NCBI RefSeq assembly: GCF_000010625.1
Contig: NC_010296.1
Span: 4,890,001 to 4,922,000, forward strand
DNA: 32,000 bases
Origin: Microcystis aeruginosa NIES-843
Lineage (GTDB): Bacteria; Cyanobacteriota; Cyanobacteriia; Cyanobacteriales; Microcystaceae
Direction of reading: 5' to 3'
Below, piece after piece: positions 1 through 8,772 of this stretch (within the stretch, counting starts at the first letter, position 1; every line of letters begins with the position of its first letter). A model generated the notes under the pieces. The model made no database searches, was not told the DNA's origin, and worked only from the letters and a program-made list of their open reading frames with translations. The position numbers were made by a program, and so were the translations under genes.

Positions 1-519
1 AAAACCACTGGGATTGATGCCCAATTGTGCCAAGATGGCAGTAACATTTTTAGAACCGCCGATAAAGCGAAAAAGAGTGTCAGCGTAGAAATTATTACTT
101 CTCTGATTAGTGATATTAACCCAATCGCGCAGGGATTTTTTTTGAATTGTCGTCTCTGGGTTCATCACTTGTAAAGCGGCAGCCGTGGTAAATAACTTTG
201 TATTAGAAGCAGGGATAAAATAGCGATCAGCGTTATGACTATAAATAACTGTTTGGCGATCGATAGATTCGATTAATATACCCCACTGATTGGGAGCTTG
301 ACCGATAATTTTATCGATATTTGCCCCGATCGATTGAGTACAGGTATTATTGGTGTTATTGTTTTCTGGCGGGGGAACGTATAATTCTATGGATTCGTTC
401 GACGAGGAAGGAGCGGGATAAACAGACAGATTAACTTGAGCGATGCTAGGATAGGCCAAGGCGATAGTGGCTACACTGGCCACTGTCAACGAATTGAGGC
501 AATTGAGGAGTTGTTTCAT
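1..519 (-). CDS. dacB: D-alanyl-D-alanine carboxypeptidase/endopeptidase (PBP4, peptidase S13), N-terminal part; continues past the left edge
   Basis: Not in the ORF track because it is open to the window edge. My translation of the minus strand from the ATG at 519-517 gives MKQLLNCLNSLTVASVATIALAYPSIAQ (signal peptide), then DRYFIPASNTKLFTTAAAL. That is an SxxK active-site motif in PBP4/DacB-like context. Confidence 0.7.
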   Translation of the reverse strand, partial: MKQLLNCLNSLTVASVATIALAYPSIAQVNLSVYPAPSSSNESIELYVPPPENNNTNNTCTQSIGANIDKIIGQAPNQWGILIESIDRQTVIYSHNADRYFIPASNTKLFTTAAALQVMNPETTIQKKSLRDWVNITNQRSNNFYADTLFRFIGGSKNVTAILAQLGINPSGF

Positions 520-799
520 GCTGTGTTTGTGTAAGAGTCTGGTTTCCGTAAGCGTTCGCCCTATTGTACCAGTTGCTGCTCAAGTGTCAAAGTTACCTTT
601 CTAACAGATTTTAGCGGCTAATGCACACCAATGCCAGAGAAGAAAGCTGGCAATAGCCCGGAACTGCACTGATACCCCTTCTCAAGACCAGTTGGAATTT
701 TTCTGGGTTCCAAAATCGTGCTATTTTGATACCGTTGACATTGCTGGTGACAATTTGGGGATAATAAAAGCAAAGTGTAGGAAGAGGGATATCCGACCC

Positions 800-1780
800 A
801 TGTATTCTGTCTCAGATGATTCCAAAACAATGACGAATACCAGCCGTCAAACTGTGCTAGAGACGTTAAACTTACAAAAAACTTATCGGACGGGATTCTG
901 GTTAGATAAAAAAATCGAATCCTTGAAAAACTGTACTTTAATTGTCCATGAGGGCGAAACCTTTGGATTATTAGGCCCGAACGGGGCCGGCAAAACCACG
1001 CTCTTAAAAACCCTTTTGGGGATTGTCCGACCCACTTCCGGACGGGCCTTGATTCTCGGTCAGCCAATTGGCGATCGCTCGGTCAGGCAACGCATCGGCT
1101 ATCTTCCCGAAAATGCCTACTACTACGACTATCTCACCGGCTGGGAATTCCTGCAATTAATCGCCAGCATTTTTCAAATTCCCTCTTCTGTGCAGAAAAA
1201 ACGCATTCCTGAATTATTGGATTTAGTGGGATTAGACCGCAAAACTGCCCAGAAAAAACAATTGCGTCAATATTCTAAGGGAATGATGCAACGGATCGGT
1301 ATAGCCCAAGCATTAATCAATGATCCTGAATTAGTCTTTTTCGATGAACCGATGTCGGGACTAGACCCTATCGGTCGCTATCAGGTGCGGGAAATTATTC
1401 AATCCCTCAAACAACGGGGGAAAACCATCTTTTTTAACTCTCATATTCTCTCCGATGTGGAACAAATTTGCGATCGCATTGCCCTGTTGGCCCGGGGAGA
1501 ATTACTCTGTGTTGGTTCCCTCGAGCAAATTCTCGGTCGTGCTGATGTCTATCAGGTGATTGTTCAAGGTGGTAGGGAGGATCAACTACAGCAATGGATA
1601 CTCGGTTTGCATTGGCGCGATAATTGTTGGCAGGGACAATTACAGGGAGAACCCGCTGCTTTTCTGGCTGCCCTGCCTAGTATCGATGCTCGCTTGATTA
1701 GTCTGAATTTAGCTCGTGCTTCCCTAGAAGAATTTTTTATCGACCAATTACGTCAGCGCGGTATTACCTCTAGTCAATAA
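800..1780 (+). CDS. ABC transporter ATP-binding protein (ABC-2/DrrA-like subfamily)
   Basis: ORF 692-1780. Walker A GPNGAGKT, signature YSKGMMQR, Walker B LVFFDEP, H-loop NSHIL. The likely start is ATG 800 (MYSVSDD) or 830 (MTNTS), not 692. No permease gene follows. Confidence 0.85.
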   Translation: MYSVSDDSKTMTNTSRQTVLETLNLQKTYRTGFWLDKKIESLKNCTLIVHEGETFGLLGPNGAGKTTLLKTLLGIVRPTSGRALILGQPIGDRSVRQRIGYLPENAYYYDYLTGWEFLQLIASIFQIPSSVQKKRIPELLDLVGLDRKTAQKKQLRQYSKGMMQRIGIAQALINDPELVFFDEPMSGLDPIGRYQVREIIQSLKQRGKTIFFNSHILSDVEQICDRIALLARGELLCVGSLEQILGRADVYQVIVQGGREDQLQQWILGLHWRDNCWQGQLQGEPAAFLAALPSIDARLISLNLARASLEEFFIDQLRQRGITSSQ

Positions 1781-2005
1781 GCACTCTCAGAGCAAATCCG
1801 TTTTTAGTAATATGATTAACTTCCAATCCCACTGTAAAAACCAGGTTATGGATTGTTTCTCGCCGCTCCGGCCCTCCGCTCCTCCCCTATACCTTTTAAA
1901 CAGGATTTAGTATCAGAGGGGGGTAAGGATTGATGATATTCAATCCCCCCGGCTACGATTGAATCATCTTAATCTACAAGGGAAGTTGCCAAAAAGGAGA
2001 CGAGC

Positions 2006-3124
2006 GTGCGACGGGGAAGACATAAAATTTTTATCGGCATGGCCCCGGGGGTCGGGAAAACTTACAAAATGCTGGAGGAGGGGCATAGCCTCAGAAAGCA
2101 GGGAACCGACGTGGTGATCGGACTTCTCGAAACCCACGGCAGGAAAGAGACCGCCGAAAAAGCCGGGGGGTTGGAAATCGTACCGAGAAAAATCCTAGAG
2201 AAAGAGGGATTCACTCTCTCGGAAATGGATACGGAAGCGATTATCGCCCGCTCGCCGCAGCTGTGTCTGATCGATGAATTAGCCCACACGAACGCGCCTA
2301 GTTCGGAGCGAGAGAAACGCTTTCAGGACGTGGAGATAATTTTATCCCGGGGAATCGATGTTTACTCGACAGTGAATATCCAGCATATCGAGAGTTTAAA
2401 CGATCTGGTCGCCCGAATCACCGGGGTGGTGGTGCGGGAGCGAATACCCGATCGAATTTTGGAGGAAGCTGATGAAGTGATCGTGGTAGATGTTACCGCC
2501 GAAACCCTAGAGGAAAGATTATTAGCGGGAAAAATCTACGCTCCCGAAAAGATCGAACAATCTTTAAATAATTTCTTTCAACGGCGTAATTTAATCGCCC
2601 TCCGGGAACTGGCCTTGCGCGAAGTGGCCGATACGGTAGAAGAAGAAGCGAGTAATTCGACCAAATTCATCGGTCAATCCTGTCCCGTTCACGAACGGGT
2701 ATTAGTCTGTATTTCCACCTATCCCAACTCTTTACGATTATTACGTCGGGGAGCGCGGATAGCGGGGTATATGAACGCGGAATTTTTCGTGATTTTCGTT
2801 GATAACCCCGAGCGCTTTCTCACCAGAGAGGAGGCTTTACATATCGAAACCTGCGAACGTTTATGTCGGGAATTCGAGGGGAAATTCTTACGGGTTAAAA
2901 GCTATCAGGTGGCGGCAGCGATCGCCGAGGTGGCCGAGCGCGAACGGATCACCCAGATCGTGATCGGGGAGAGCCTTCAATCGCGCTGGAAGCATTTCAT
3001 CAAAGGTTCTTTCACCCAAAAACTCATGCGCCTGATCTGGCAGAAAAATATCGATCTTCACATCATCGCCACCGATCCAAAAGTACCAATTAAAGACGCG
3101 CGAGCCAAGGGGGTGAAAAGATAA
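2006..3124 (+). CDS. kdpD: Short KdpD-type protein (KdpD N-terminal sensor domain plus USP-like domain, no histidine-kinase part)
   Basis: ORF with a GTG start preceded by aaaggagacgagc. The N-terminus HKIFIGMAPGVGKTYKMLEEG...VVIGLLETHGR is the KdpD N-terminal P-loop-like domain. The C-terminal half (ERVLVCIS...QIVIGES) is USP-like. No TM or HisKA/HATPase region is present. Confidence 0.75.
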   Translation: MRRGRHKIFIGMAPGVGKTYKMLEEGHSLRKQGTDVVIGLLETHGRKETAEKAGGLEIVPRKILEKEGFTLSEMDTEAIIARSPQLCLIDELAHTNAPSSEREKRFQDVEIILSRGIDVYSTVNIQHIESLNDLVARITGVVVRERIPDRILEEADEVIVVDVTAETLEERLLAGKIYAPEKIEQSLNNFFQRRNLIALRELALREVADTVEEEASNSTKFIGQSCPVHERVLVCISTYPNSLRLLRRGARIAGYMNAEFFVIFVDNPERFLTREEALHIETCERLCREFEGKFLRVKSYQVAAAIAEVAERERITQIVIGESLQSRWKHFIKGSFTQKLMRLIWQKNIDLHIIATDPKVPIKDARAKGVKR

Positions 3125-3134
3125 CTACCTTTCT

Positions 3135-3191
3135 CCCACTTCCCCACTCCCACTTCCCCACTTCCCCACTTCCCCACTTCCCCCTTCCCCT
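3135..3191. repeat. Tandem CCCCACTT-type octamer array (C4 tracts on + strand)
   Basis: Reads cccacttccccactcccacttccccacttccccacttccccacttccccc directly. It begins 11 nt after the kdpD stop. Confidence 0.9.
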
Positions 3192-3279
3192 CTCAAATCG
3201 GCAACGCCTTGGCTTCTCTGGGATGATATTCTAGGAGTTAATCTTTATGCAAATCCGTTGTCACAGAGGGAGTTAACTC

Positions 3280-3387
3280 ATGCAAGTAAATAATCTCGGC
3301 TTTATCGCTAGTATCCTATTCGTCCTAGTACCCACCGTTTTCCTCTTGATTCTGTTTATCCAAACCAGACAGGAAACCGAGGGTTAA
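3280..3387 (+). CDS. psbM: Photosystem II reaction centre protein M
   Basis: A 35-codon ORF below the ORF-track cutoff. My translation is MQVNNLGFIASILFVLVPTVFLLILFIQTRQETEG, almost identical over the first ~27 aa to Synechocystis PsbM as I remember it. GAGGGAG lies upstream and an intrinsic terminator follows. Confidence 0.9.
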   Translation: MQVNNLGFIASILFVLVPTVFLLILFIQTRQETEG

Positions 3388-3413
3388 ATTCCTTCCCTAT
3401 CCCTATTCTTCCT

Positions 3414-3455
3414 AAAAACCCCGGTGATTTCTTGAAGTCATGCGGGGTTTTTTCG
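3414..3455 (+). terminator. Rho-independent terminator of psbM
   Basis: Sequence aaaaaCCCCGgtgatttcttgaagtcatgCGGGGtttttt. A CCCCG/CGGGG stem, extendable by A/U pairs, is followed by a T6 run. Confidence 0.7.
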
Positions 3456-3509
3456 CTTGAATTAGGAGAAAATGCTAGTTTCGTCACCTGATCCAAAATA
3501 GCCTATAGT

Positions 3510-3727
3510 TAGGGTCTGCTGAAAAAGTTTGTTGGTGGGGGCAGGGTGTGGGGTGTGGGGTGTGGGGTGTAGGGTTTTACCGATTTTGAGGTAGTCAGTT
3601 ACCTAATTTTCAGGGAAAAAGTACCTGAATTTTACCCCCGCTCCCTCCAATGGTCGGCACTTTTTGAGGGAAAAAAAGTATAAAAGCCTTATCCAACAAG
3701 GTTTTTAGATTTATTCAGCAAGCCCTA
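3510..3727. mobile_element. MITE unit, TAGGGTYTGC-termini family (inverted copy of 30281-30497)
   Basis: The termini tagggtctgctgaaaaag and ttattcagcaagcccta are inverted repeats. The interior holds a GGGTGTG x4 array (3544-3574). The whole ~218 bp aligns by eye to the reverse complement of 30281-30497. Confidence 0.6.
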
Positions 3728-3729
3728 GT

Positions 3730-3803
3730 TAGGGTTTGCGGCAAAAAGTTTGTTGGTGGGGTTAGGAGTCAGTAGCCGGTCGTCAGTAGCCGGTCGTCGG
3801 GAG
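3730..3803. mobile_element. Partial second MITE unit of the same family (matches the reverse complement of the right part of 30017-30278)
   Basis: Sequence tagggtttgcggcaaaaagtttgttggtggggttaggagtc plus (agtagccggtcgtc)x2 parallels the reverse complement of 30190-30278. Similarity is lost after about 3803. Confidence 0.5.
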
Positions 3804-3889
3804 TTTCAGGCTTTGTTGCCCTCTCTTTTTTGTACCAACTTATGTACTATAAGAAGGATAATGCCAGGTTTTTGAGGGTCCCAATCCGA

Positions 3890-4560
3890 ATTTGCTAGAA
3901 TGGTAGTCATGTATATAGAAAAAGTTCCTAACCGTAATTCCCCCCCGCCGTTCTTCGACCTGATTCTTACCGAGAAGGAGATCAAGTCAAAAAAAGAACC
4001 CTGGCCAACCTCTCAAAATTACCCGATGATATTATCGACAATTTGAAACTGGCTCTCAAAGGGGCGTTACAATCGAGATAAAAAGAAAGGGAAAACTCAG
4101 ATAGTTTTTGGCCTACTATGTTAGGCTAAGGCTTGTCCGATAGCGGTAGAAGTCTTTGAAGGAAACACATCCGATAGTGCCACCTTAGCCAGACAAATTG
4201 AGAAAGTCAGAAAAGGTTGGGGGATTGAGAATGTGGTCTGGGTAAGCGATAGAGGAATTTTAACCAACGTAAAAGAAAATCAATGAATTAGTAAAACCGC
4301 TAGAAGGATTAGACTATATTACTTTCGGACTTTGTTGGAAGACCTGGGGACAATTTGCTTGAATACAGTAGAATGTACGATTAGAGAGGGAAGTTATCGT
4401 TTTGCTAAGATAACTCGACCGACTTCCCTACAACAATCATGCGTTAGATTTATTAGGGGTTTCCCTGATTTGTACCCAGTAACGGGCTGGCGGAAATTCT
4501 CTTAATCCCTCCTACAGCATAGGTTATGGCCTTTTGTCAAGGGGGAATTCCAGGTATCAG
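3890..4560 (+). mobile_element. Internally deleted IS4/IS1634-like element, copy A (non-autonomous, transposase in fragments)
   Basis: Encodes MYIEKVPNRNSPPAVL...KKRTLANLSKLPDDIIDNLKLALKG, then a stop. A DDE-region fragment follows (VEVFEGNTSDSATLARQIEKVRKGWGIENVVWVSDRGILTN), then a C-terminal fragment (LNTVECTIREGSYRFAKITRP). It is a near-duplicate of 9848-10702. The family call is from memory of that N-terminus. Confidence 0.7.
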
Positions 4561-4699
4561 CAATTCCAAATTTAAGGTTTCATGACGTAAAAATCCTTAT
4601 GACAAGAGGGTTGTACAATTCTTAACATTTGGATTGATCTCTGAAATGGCGCAAAATCGTTCCGAATTTATTTTTGCTGTCCAGGTATTCAGGGCAGAG

Positions 4700-4821
4700 G
4701 AAGGGGAGAAGATTTTGGGCGGTGTCTATCGGGTGCGGTCTGCGTAGCAGAGTGCTTGGCGATCGCTTTCGAGGACAAACCAACCCGATCCAAGAGGCAG
4801 TAGGTCGGGGAGGATGTCAAC
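4700..4821 (+). mobile_element. Orphan IS200/IS605 right-end relic (tnpB 3' fragment plus candidate omega-RNA 3' module)
   Basis: Ends in a hairpin (cccgatc...ggtcggg) followed by gaggatgtcaac. That 12-mer is identical to the last 12 nt of the right end of the element at 25504-25540. The upstream attttgggcggtgtc...gcggtctgcgtag resembles the NIL-G-encoding tnpB 3' ends. No tnpB ORF remains. Confidence 0.4.
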
Positions 4822-4869
4822 GGAATAGGATCATTAAAATAGGTTTAAGGAAATAGTTGAACCAATAGG

Positions 4870-5640
4870 CTAATCTTGGTGCGTCCAAGAGCGATGAGCC
4901 AGACGCAAACCCCAATCGAGCAGATAACCAATCGCGCCAATAACGAGAATCACCGCCATCAACTCTGAATAAGCGAGTCGATCGCGTGTATCGAGAATAT
5001 AATAACCCAAACCCGCACTAACCCCCAGCATTTCCGCCGGTACAAGAACGATCCAGATAATACCTATAGCCAAACGGAAACCAGTTAGGAGATGGGAGAG
5101 GATCGCAGGCAGAATAATCTGGAAAACCGTTTCCCCTCGCGTAGCACAGAGACTGTGGGCTAAAGTCAACCAAGAGCGATCAACCGCATTAACCCCAGCA
5201 GCCGTATTGAGAAGGATCGGCCAGATAGCCGCCACCGTCAGCAAAAAATACACAGGTAGATCACCAATTCCCAAAACCATCACCGCTAAAGGCATCCAAG
5301 AAAGGGGCGAGATCATGCGTAGAAATTGAAATAGGGCCGACAAAGCCGATTCAAGGGAGCGATACAACCCGATTAATACCCCCAACGGCACACCGATGGC
5401 ACTAGCGAGAACCAAGCCCACAATAACCCGGCGGCAACTGGTGAGGATATGGGGCATAATCTCCCCCCCAACAAAAAGACGTAATAAAGCGACAAAAGAT
5501 CGCTCAGGGGAAAAATCATTTAAAATCGGGTTTGAGTGCCATAGAGGACTGGTAAATAGCCACCAGAGCAATAATCCCAAACCGATACCCCATAAGGGTA
5601 GTAAAGCTCTTGGCGGGGAGGTCAAAGATTGTGACTTCAT
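4870..5640 (-). CDS. ABC transporter permease, NitT/TauT family (NrtB/SsuC/TauC-like)
   Basis: A 256-aa polytopic membrane ORF, last gene of the operon. Its architecture is BPD-type, e.g. ALFQFLRMISPLSWMPLAVMVLGIG. It starts 12 nt after the binding-protein gene. Confidence 0.85.
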   Translation of the reverse strand: MKSQSLTSPPRALLPLWGIGLGLLLWWLFTSPLWHSNPILNDFSPERSFVALLRLFVGGEIMPHILTSCRRVIVGLVLASAIGVPLGVLIGLYRSLESALSALFQFLRMISPLSWMPLAVMVLGIGDLPVYFLLTVAAIWPILLNTAAGVNAVDRSWLTLAHSLCATRGETVFQIILPAILSHLLTGFRLAIGIIWIVLVPAEMLGVSAGLGYYILDTRDRLAYSELMAVILVIGAIGYLLDWGLRLAHRSWTHQD

Positions 5641-5652
5641 AGGTTCGGACCT

Positions 5653-6861
5653 TTAAAATTTGATCGTCTCGATGCGGGAGAGATTATTCGGTAAGCCGAA
5701 AGCTTTCGGTCCGCCCACCTGTTGCAAGGCATTACGGACAAAAGAGTCATCCACGAGATCCCGCGCCACCTGTCGGGGTTGCAGTTTTTGGAGAAAATCC
5801 GTATTTCCTTCCACCTGAGTGGTTTTGAGCAAGCGTACCAGTTCCTCCGTATAGGAAGGGAAAGGATAGGGCTGGAAATCGATCCGGTTGACCTGCCAAG
5901 CTGGATTCTCGATCGCCCCGTCTTTTTTATAGAAATTGCGATCATAGTAAGTAAGCGCCCGTTGCAATACCGGCAGCGGGTGAGGCGTATATTTTCCACC
6001 ATCTTTAGAGAGAATCCGGGCCACTTCCGAGCGATTGCTCCGGGACCAGAGTTGGGCTTTAACGAGGGCGTTTACCACCCTCTGCGTCCATTGTTTCCGT
6101 TGCCTAATATCCTCCTCGTGAACAAAGACAACGCAACAGGCGTGATTCTTCCAGACATCGCCGGTGAAACGGAGAACCCTACCGGTTTTGAGATTTTCCG
6201 CCGCCGCGTTGAAAGGTTCAGCAACGATATAACCACCGATGCTCTTATTGGCGAGGGCTGATACCATATCCGGGGGCGGGAGAACCACTAGATTAACCTC
6301 GTTAGAAGCGATCGGCGCGTCCTTGGGTTTGCGAACTATTTTCAGCCCGTTACGTTGTAAGAGTTGTTGCAAGACCAAATTATGAATCGAATACCAGAAA
6401 GGAACCGCGATCGTTTTACCTCCCAATTCCCTGGGATTTTCAATATCGGGAAGGACGGTGAGGGCTGAACCATTGGTATGGTTCCAAGCGACGATTTTAG
6501 CGGGGAAATTGCGCCCGTAACGAATCCAGATCGAGGTGGGAAAAAGAACGTGAATAACGTTCACCTGCCGAGCGAGAAAGGCCTCAACAATCTGCGCCCA
6601 AGAGCGGAATAGGCGCGGTTGTTCGGCAGTTAAACCTTCCGCTTGATAAAGTTTTCGCGAGTGGGCTACCAATAGGGGGGCGGCATCCGTAATCGGTAGA
6701 TAACCGATTTTCACAGGCTGATCGTTGGCATTGGCGTGAACAGGGAGATTCCAATTATCGGCGGCGATCGCTGCTCCGAAGGAACTGGTAAACAGTGCCG
6801 AAAGTTTCAGGAAATCTCGACGGCTCATGCCGCAACAAGCACAATTATGGTGTAGGTTCAT
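5653..6861 (-). CDS. ABC transporter substrate-binding protein, NrtA/CmpA/SsuA-like, Tat signal
   Basis: Twin-arginine signal MSRRDFLKLSALFTSSFGAAIAA; the real start may be the internal ATG at 6828. The motif PVKIGYLPITDAAPLLVAH is typical of NrtA/CmpA-type binding proteins. Confidence 0.85.
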   Translation of the reverse strand: MNLHHNCACCGMSRRDFLKLSALFTSSFGAAIAADNWNLPVHANANDQPVKIGYLPITDAAPLLVAHSRKLYQAEGLTAEQPRLFRSWAQIVEAFLARQVNVIHVLFPTSIWIRYGRNFPAKIVAWNHTNGSALTVLPDIENPRELGGKTIAVPFWYSIHNLVLQQLLQRNGLKIVRKPKDAPIASNEVNLVVLPPPDMVSALANKSIGGYIVAEPFNAAAENLKTGRVLRFTGDVWKNHACCVVFVHEEDIRQRKQWTQRVVNALVKAQLWSRSNRSEVARILSKDGGKYTPHPLPVLQRALTYYDRNFYKKDGAIENPAWQVNRIDFQPYPFPSYTEELVRLLKTTQVEGNTDFLQKLQPRQVARDLVDDSFVRNALQQVGGPKAFGLPNNLSRIETIKF

Positions 6862-6865
6862 GGAT

Positions 6866-7648
6866 TTACAGTGTCATGACAAGGGCTAATTCTTGAAAAA
6901 TTGACCGGCGTAGATCACTCAAAAGCTTGGCTGACTCGAAACGGGGTTTCGGCATCGAGATGGTCCATTCTCGGCGGATGCCCACCGGATGACGGCCCAT
7001 GAGAAGAACTCGATCGGCCACTAATAGGGCCTCGTCGATGTCGTGGGTAACGAGGAGAACCGTGCTGTTATAGAGAGCTATGACTTCTAGGAGGAGTTTT
7101 TGCATCTCGAAACGGGTGATCGCGTCGAGGGCGCTAAACGGCTCATCCAGGAGCAGGAGAGAGGGGCGGCGGGCGAGGACGCGGGCTAGAGAAACTCTCT
7201 GAGCCATACCGCCGGATAGTTGATGAGGATAAGCACGCTCGAAGCCATCTAGTTTGACGCTTTTAACGGCGATGTGAACCCTTTCCCGTAATTGCTGATG
7301 ATCGAGGCGGGGCATCCGCTTTAATTTCAAACCAAAAGCCACGTTTTGCCAAACGGTTAACCAAGGTAAAAGGGCGGGGGATTGAAAGACGATCGAGCTG
7401 CGGATGTCTGGGGCTTGTAGGGGTCGTGAGTGCAATTGTATTTCTCCGCCATCGGCACTTTGCAAACCAGCGGCGGTAGCAAGGAGGGTAGATTTACCGC
7501 AACCACTAGCCCCGAGCAAACAAACCACCTCACCGGAGCGCACCTGTAGGTTAATATCCTCAAAAACGGTACGGTAGCCATGGCGGGTTTTATAGCGTTT
7601 ATGGAGATTTTTGAGGGTGAGGACGGGGTAATCAGTGGCGATACTCAT
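6866..7648 (-). CDS. ABC transporter ATP-binding protein, NitT/TauT family (NrtD/SsuB/TauB-like)
   Basis: Walker A GASGCGKST, signature LSGGMAQR, Walker B LLLLDEPFSALD. Its start overlaps the upstream gene's stop by 4 nt (ATGA). Confidence 0.9.
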   Translation of the reverse strand: MSIATDYPVLTLKNLHKRYKTRHGYRTVFEDINLQVRSGEVVCLLGASGCGKSTLLATAAGLQSADGGEIQLHSRPLQAPDIRSSIVFQSPALLPWLTVWQNVAFGLKLKRMPRLDHQQLRERVHIAVKSVKLDGFERAYPHQLSGGMAQRVSLARVLARRPSLLLLDEPFSALDAITRFEMQKLLLEVIALYNSTVLLVTHDIDEALLVADRVLLMGRHPVGIRREWTISMPKPRFESAKLLSDLRRSIFQELALVMTL

Positions 7649-8760
7649 TCCCTCACCCCCGCTCGATCGAGTTCGCCAGTGAAAATTTTATCGCTAGAGG
7701 ACTGACGTTGTAACTCTCTTTCCAGTTGAATCAGGCTCGGAGTTAACACCGGTAAAAAGGCGACCTCCCGCAGCCGTCGCGCCGTGTCGCTATTACGGAA
7801 ATAGCCTTTTCCTCCCTTAATTTCCGCTTCTAACCCTACGGATTCCACCGCTAACCGGGTAATGTCCACTCTGAGGGTGAATAGTTCGCGTGTTCGTGCG
7901 AGATCGAAGCTTTCTAGGGTGCTGAATTGCACGATTGTCTTTTCTAGACGAGTCAGACGCTCCCGGGCGAAGAAATAACGATCGCTGGCTACCGCTGCCT
8001 TTCCCCCTAAATTTTTCTCCGTCTCCCCAAGGGATTTACGCGTAATGCCAAGGGCCAGTCCGCATTGTAACAGCAAGAAACAGGGGCGGACTGAGGGTAA
8101 AAATTTTGCTGCTTCCAAGCTGATAATCCAGTCGTGAGATAACTGAACTCGATCGAATTCAAGGGTACTGGTGCGGGAAGCTTGTAAACCCAATAATTGT
8201 AGGTCTTCACCCCGTTTTAACCCCTCTGCGAAGGAGGGAAGGGCGAGGATAAGAGTTTGTCCAGATCTAGTTTGAGCGGCAACGGCCACTATAAATTCTC
8301 CCTTAGAGTCGAGATTAGAGGCCCAGGGCAGGAAGCCATTAACAGTGACGTTTTCTCCCTCGATCTTTGCTTGTAAACGCAGCTCCTCGATACCGCCGAG
8401 GTACTTCATCGCGTTAGAGAGTCCTGTCGCTCCGGCTATCTCTCCCTTGAGAACAGCCGGTAGAATTTTGTTTTGTAGGTAAGTGTTATTACTGGCCGCC
8501 AGATATTGAATGAAGACGCGCTGACACCAGAAAACAAAACCGGTGGTGAGGCAGCATTGGGACACAGAGGAGATCGCCTCTACTGCCTGTAATAAGGAGC
8601 CACCCCGACCCCCTAAGCTTTCAGGTATAGCATAGCCGAACCAGCCCGATTCTCCTAGCTTGGTTAGGGCCAAACCGACGTTGAGATTAGCTGTACCGTT
8701 GTTGAGGTCAGTGGCTCTTTCTTCTAGAAAAGAACTGATTTCGGAGCCTCGAGCGAGCAT
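7645..8760 (-). CDS. Acyl-CoA dehydrogenase-fold flavoprotein (possibly a DszC/SfnB/MsuC-type monooxygenase; function open)
   Basis: A 371-aa ORF with ACAD-like three-domain layout: an N-terminal alpha region, a middle region GEIAGATGLSN...VNGFLPWASN, and a C-terminal helical region ARRLREVAFLPVLTPS. It is translationally coupled to the ABC ATPase. Confidence 0.7.
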   Translation of the reverse strand: MLARGSEISSFLEERATDLNNGTANLNVGLALTKLGESGWFGYAIPESLGGRGGSLLQAVEAISSVSQCCLTTGFVFWCQRVFIQYLAASNNTYLQNKILPAVLKGEIAGATGLSNAMKYLGGIEELRLQAKIEGENVTVNGFLPWASNLDSKGEFIVAVAAQTRSGQTLILALPSFAEGLKRGEDLQLLGLQASRTSTLEFDRVQLSHDWIISLEAAKFLPSVRPCFLLLQCGLALGITRKSLGETEKNLGGKAAVASDRYFFARERLTRLEKTIVQFSTLESFDLARTRELFTLRVDITRLAVESVGLEAEIKGGKGYFRNSDTARRLREVAFLPVLTPSLIQLERELQRQSSSDKIFTGELDRAGVRE

Positions 8761-8772
8761 AATTGTTCTCTC

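Noticed and set aside
618-1067. 149-aa minus-strand ORF
   Set aside because: It is antisense to the well-supported ABC ATPase gene and its upstream region, with low-complexity composition and no motifs.
4674-4856. 60-aa ORF MLSRYSGQRKG...
   Set aside because: It lies across the orphan tnpB 3'/right-end relic in a frame unrelated to TnpB. Arg/Gly-rich and likely spurious.
5722-6261. 179-aa plus-strand ORF, and the 121-aa ORF 5637-6002
   Set aside because: They overlap the substrate-binding-protein gene in other frames or on the other strand. No motifs; shadow ORFs.
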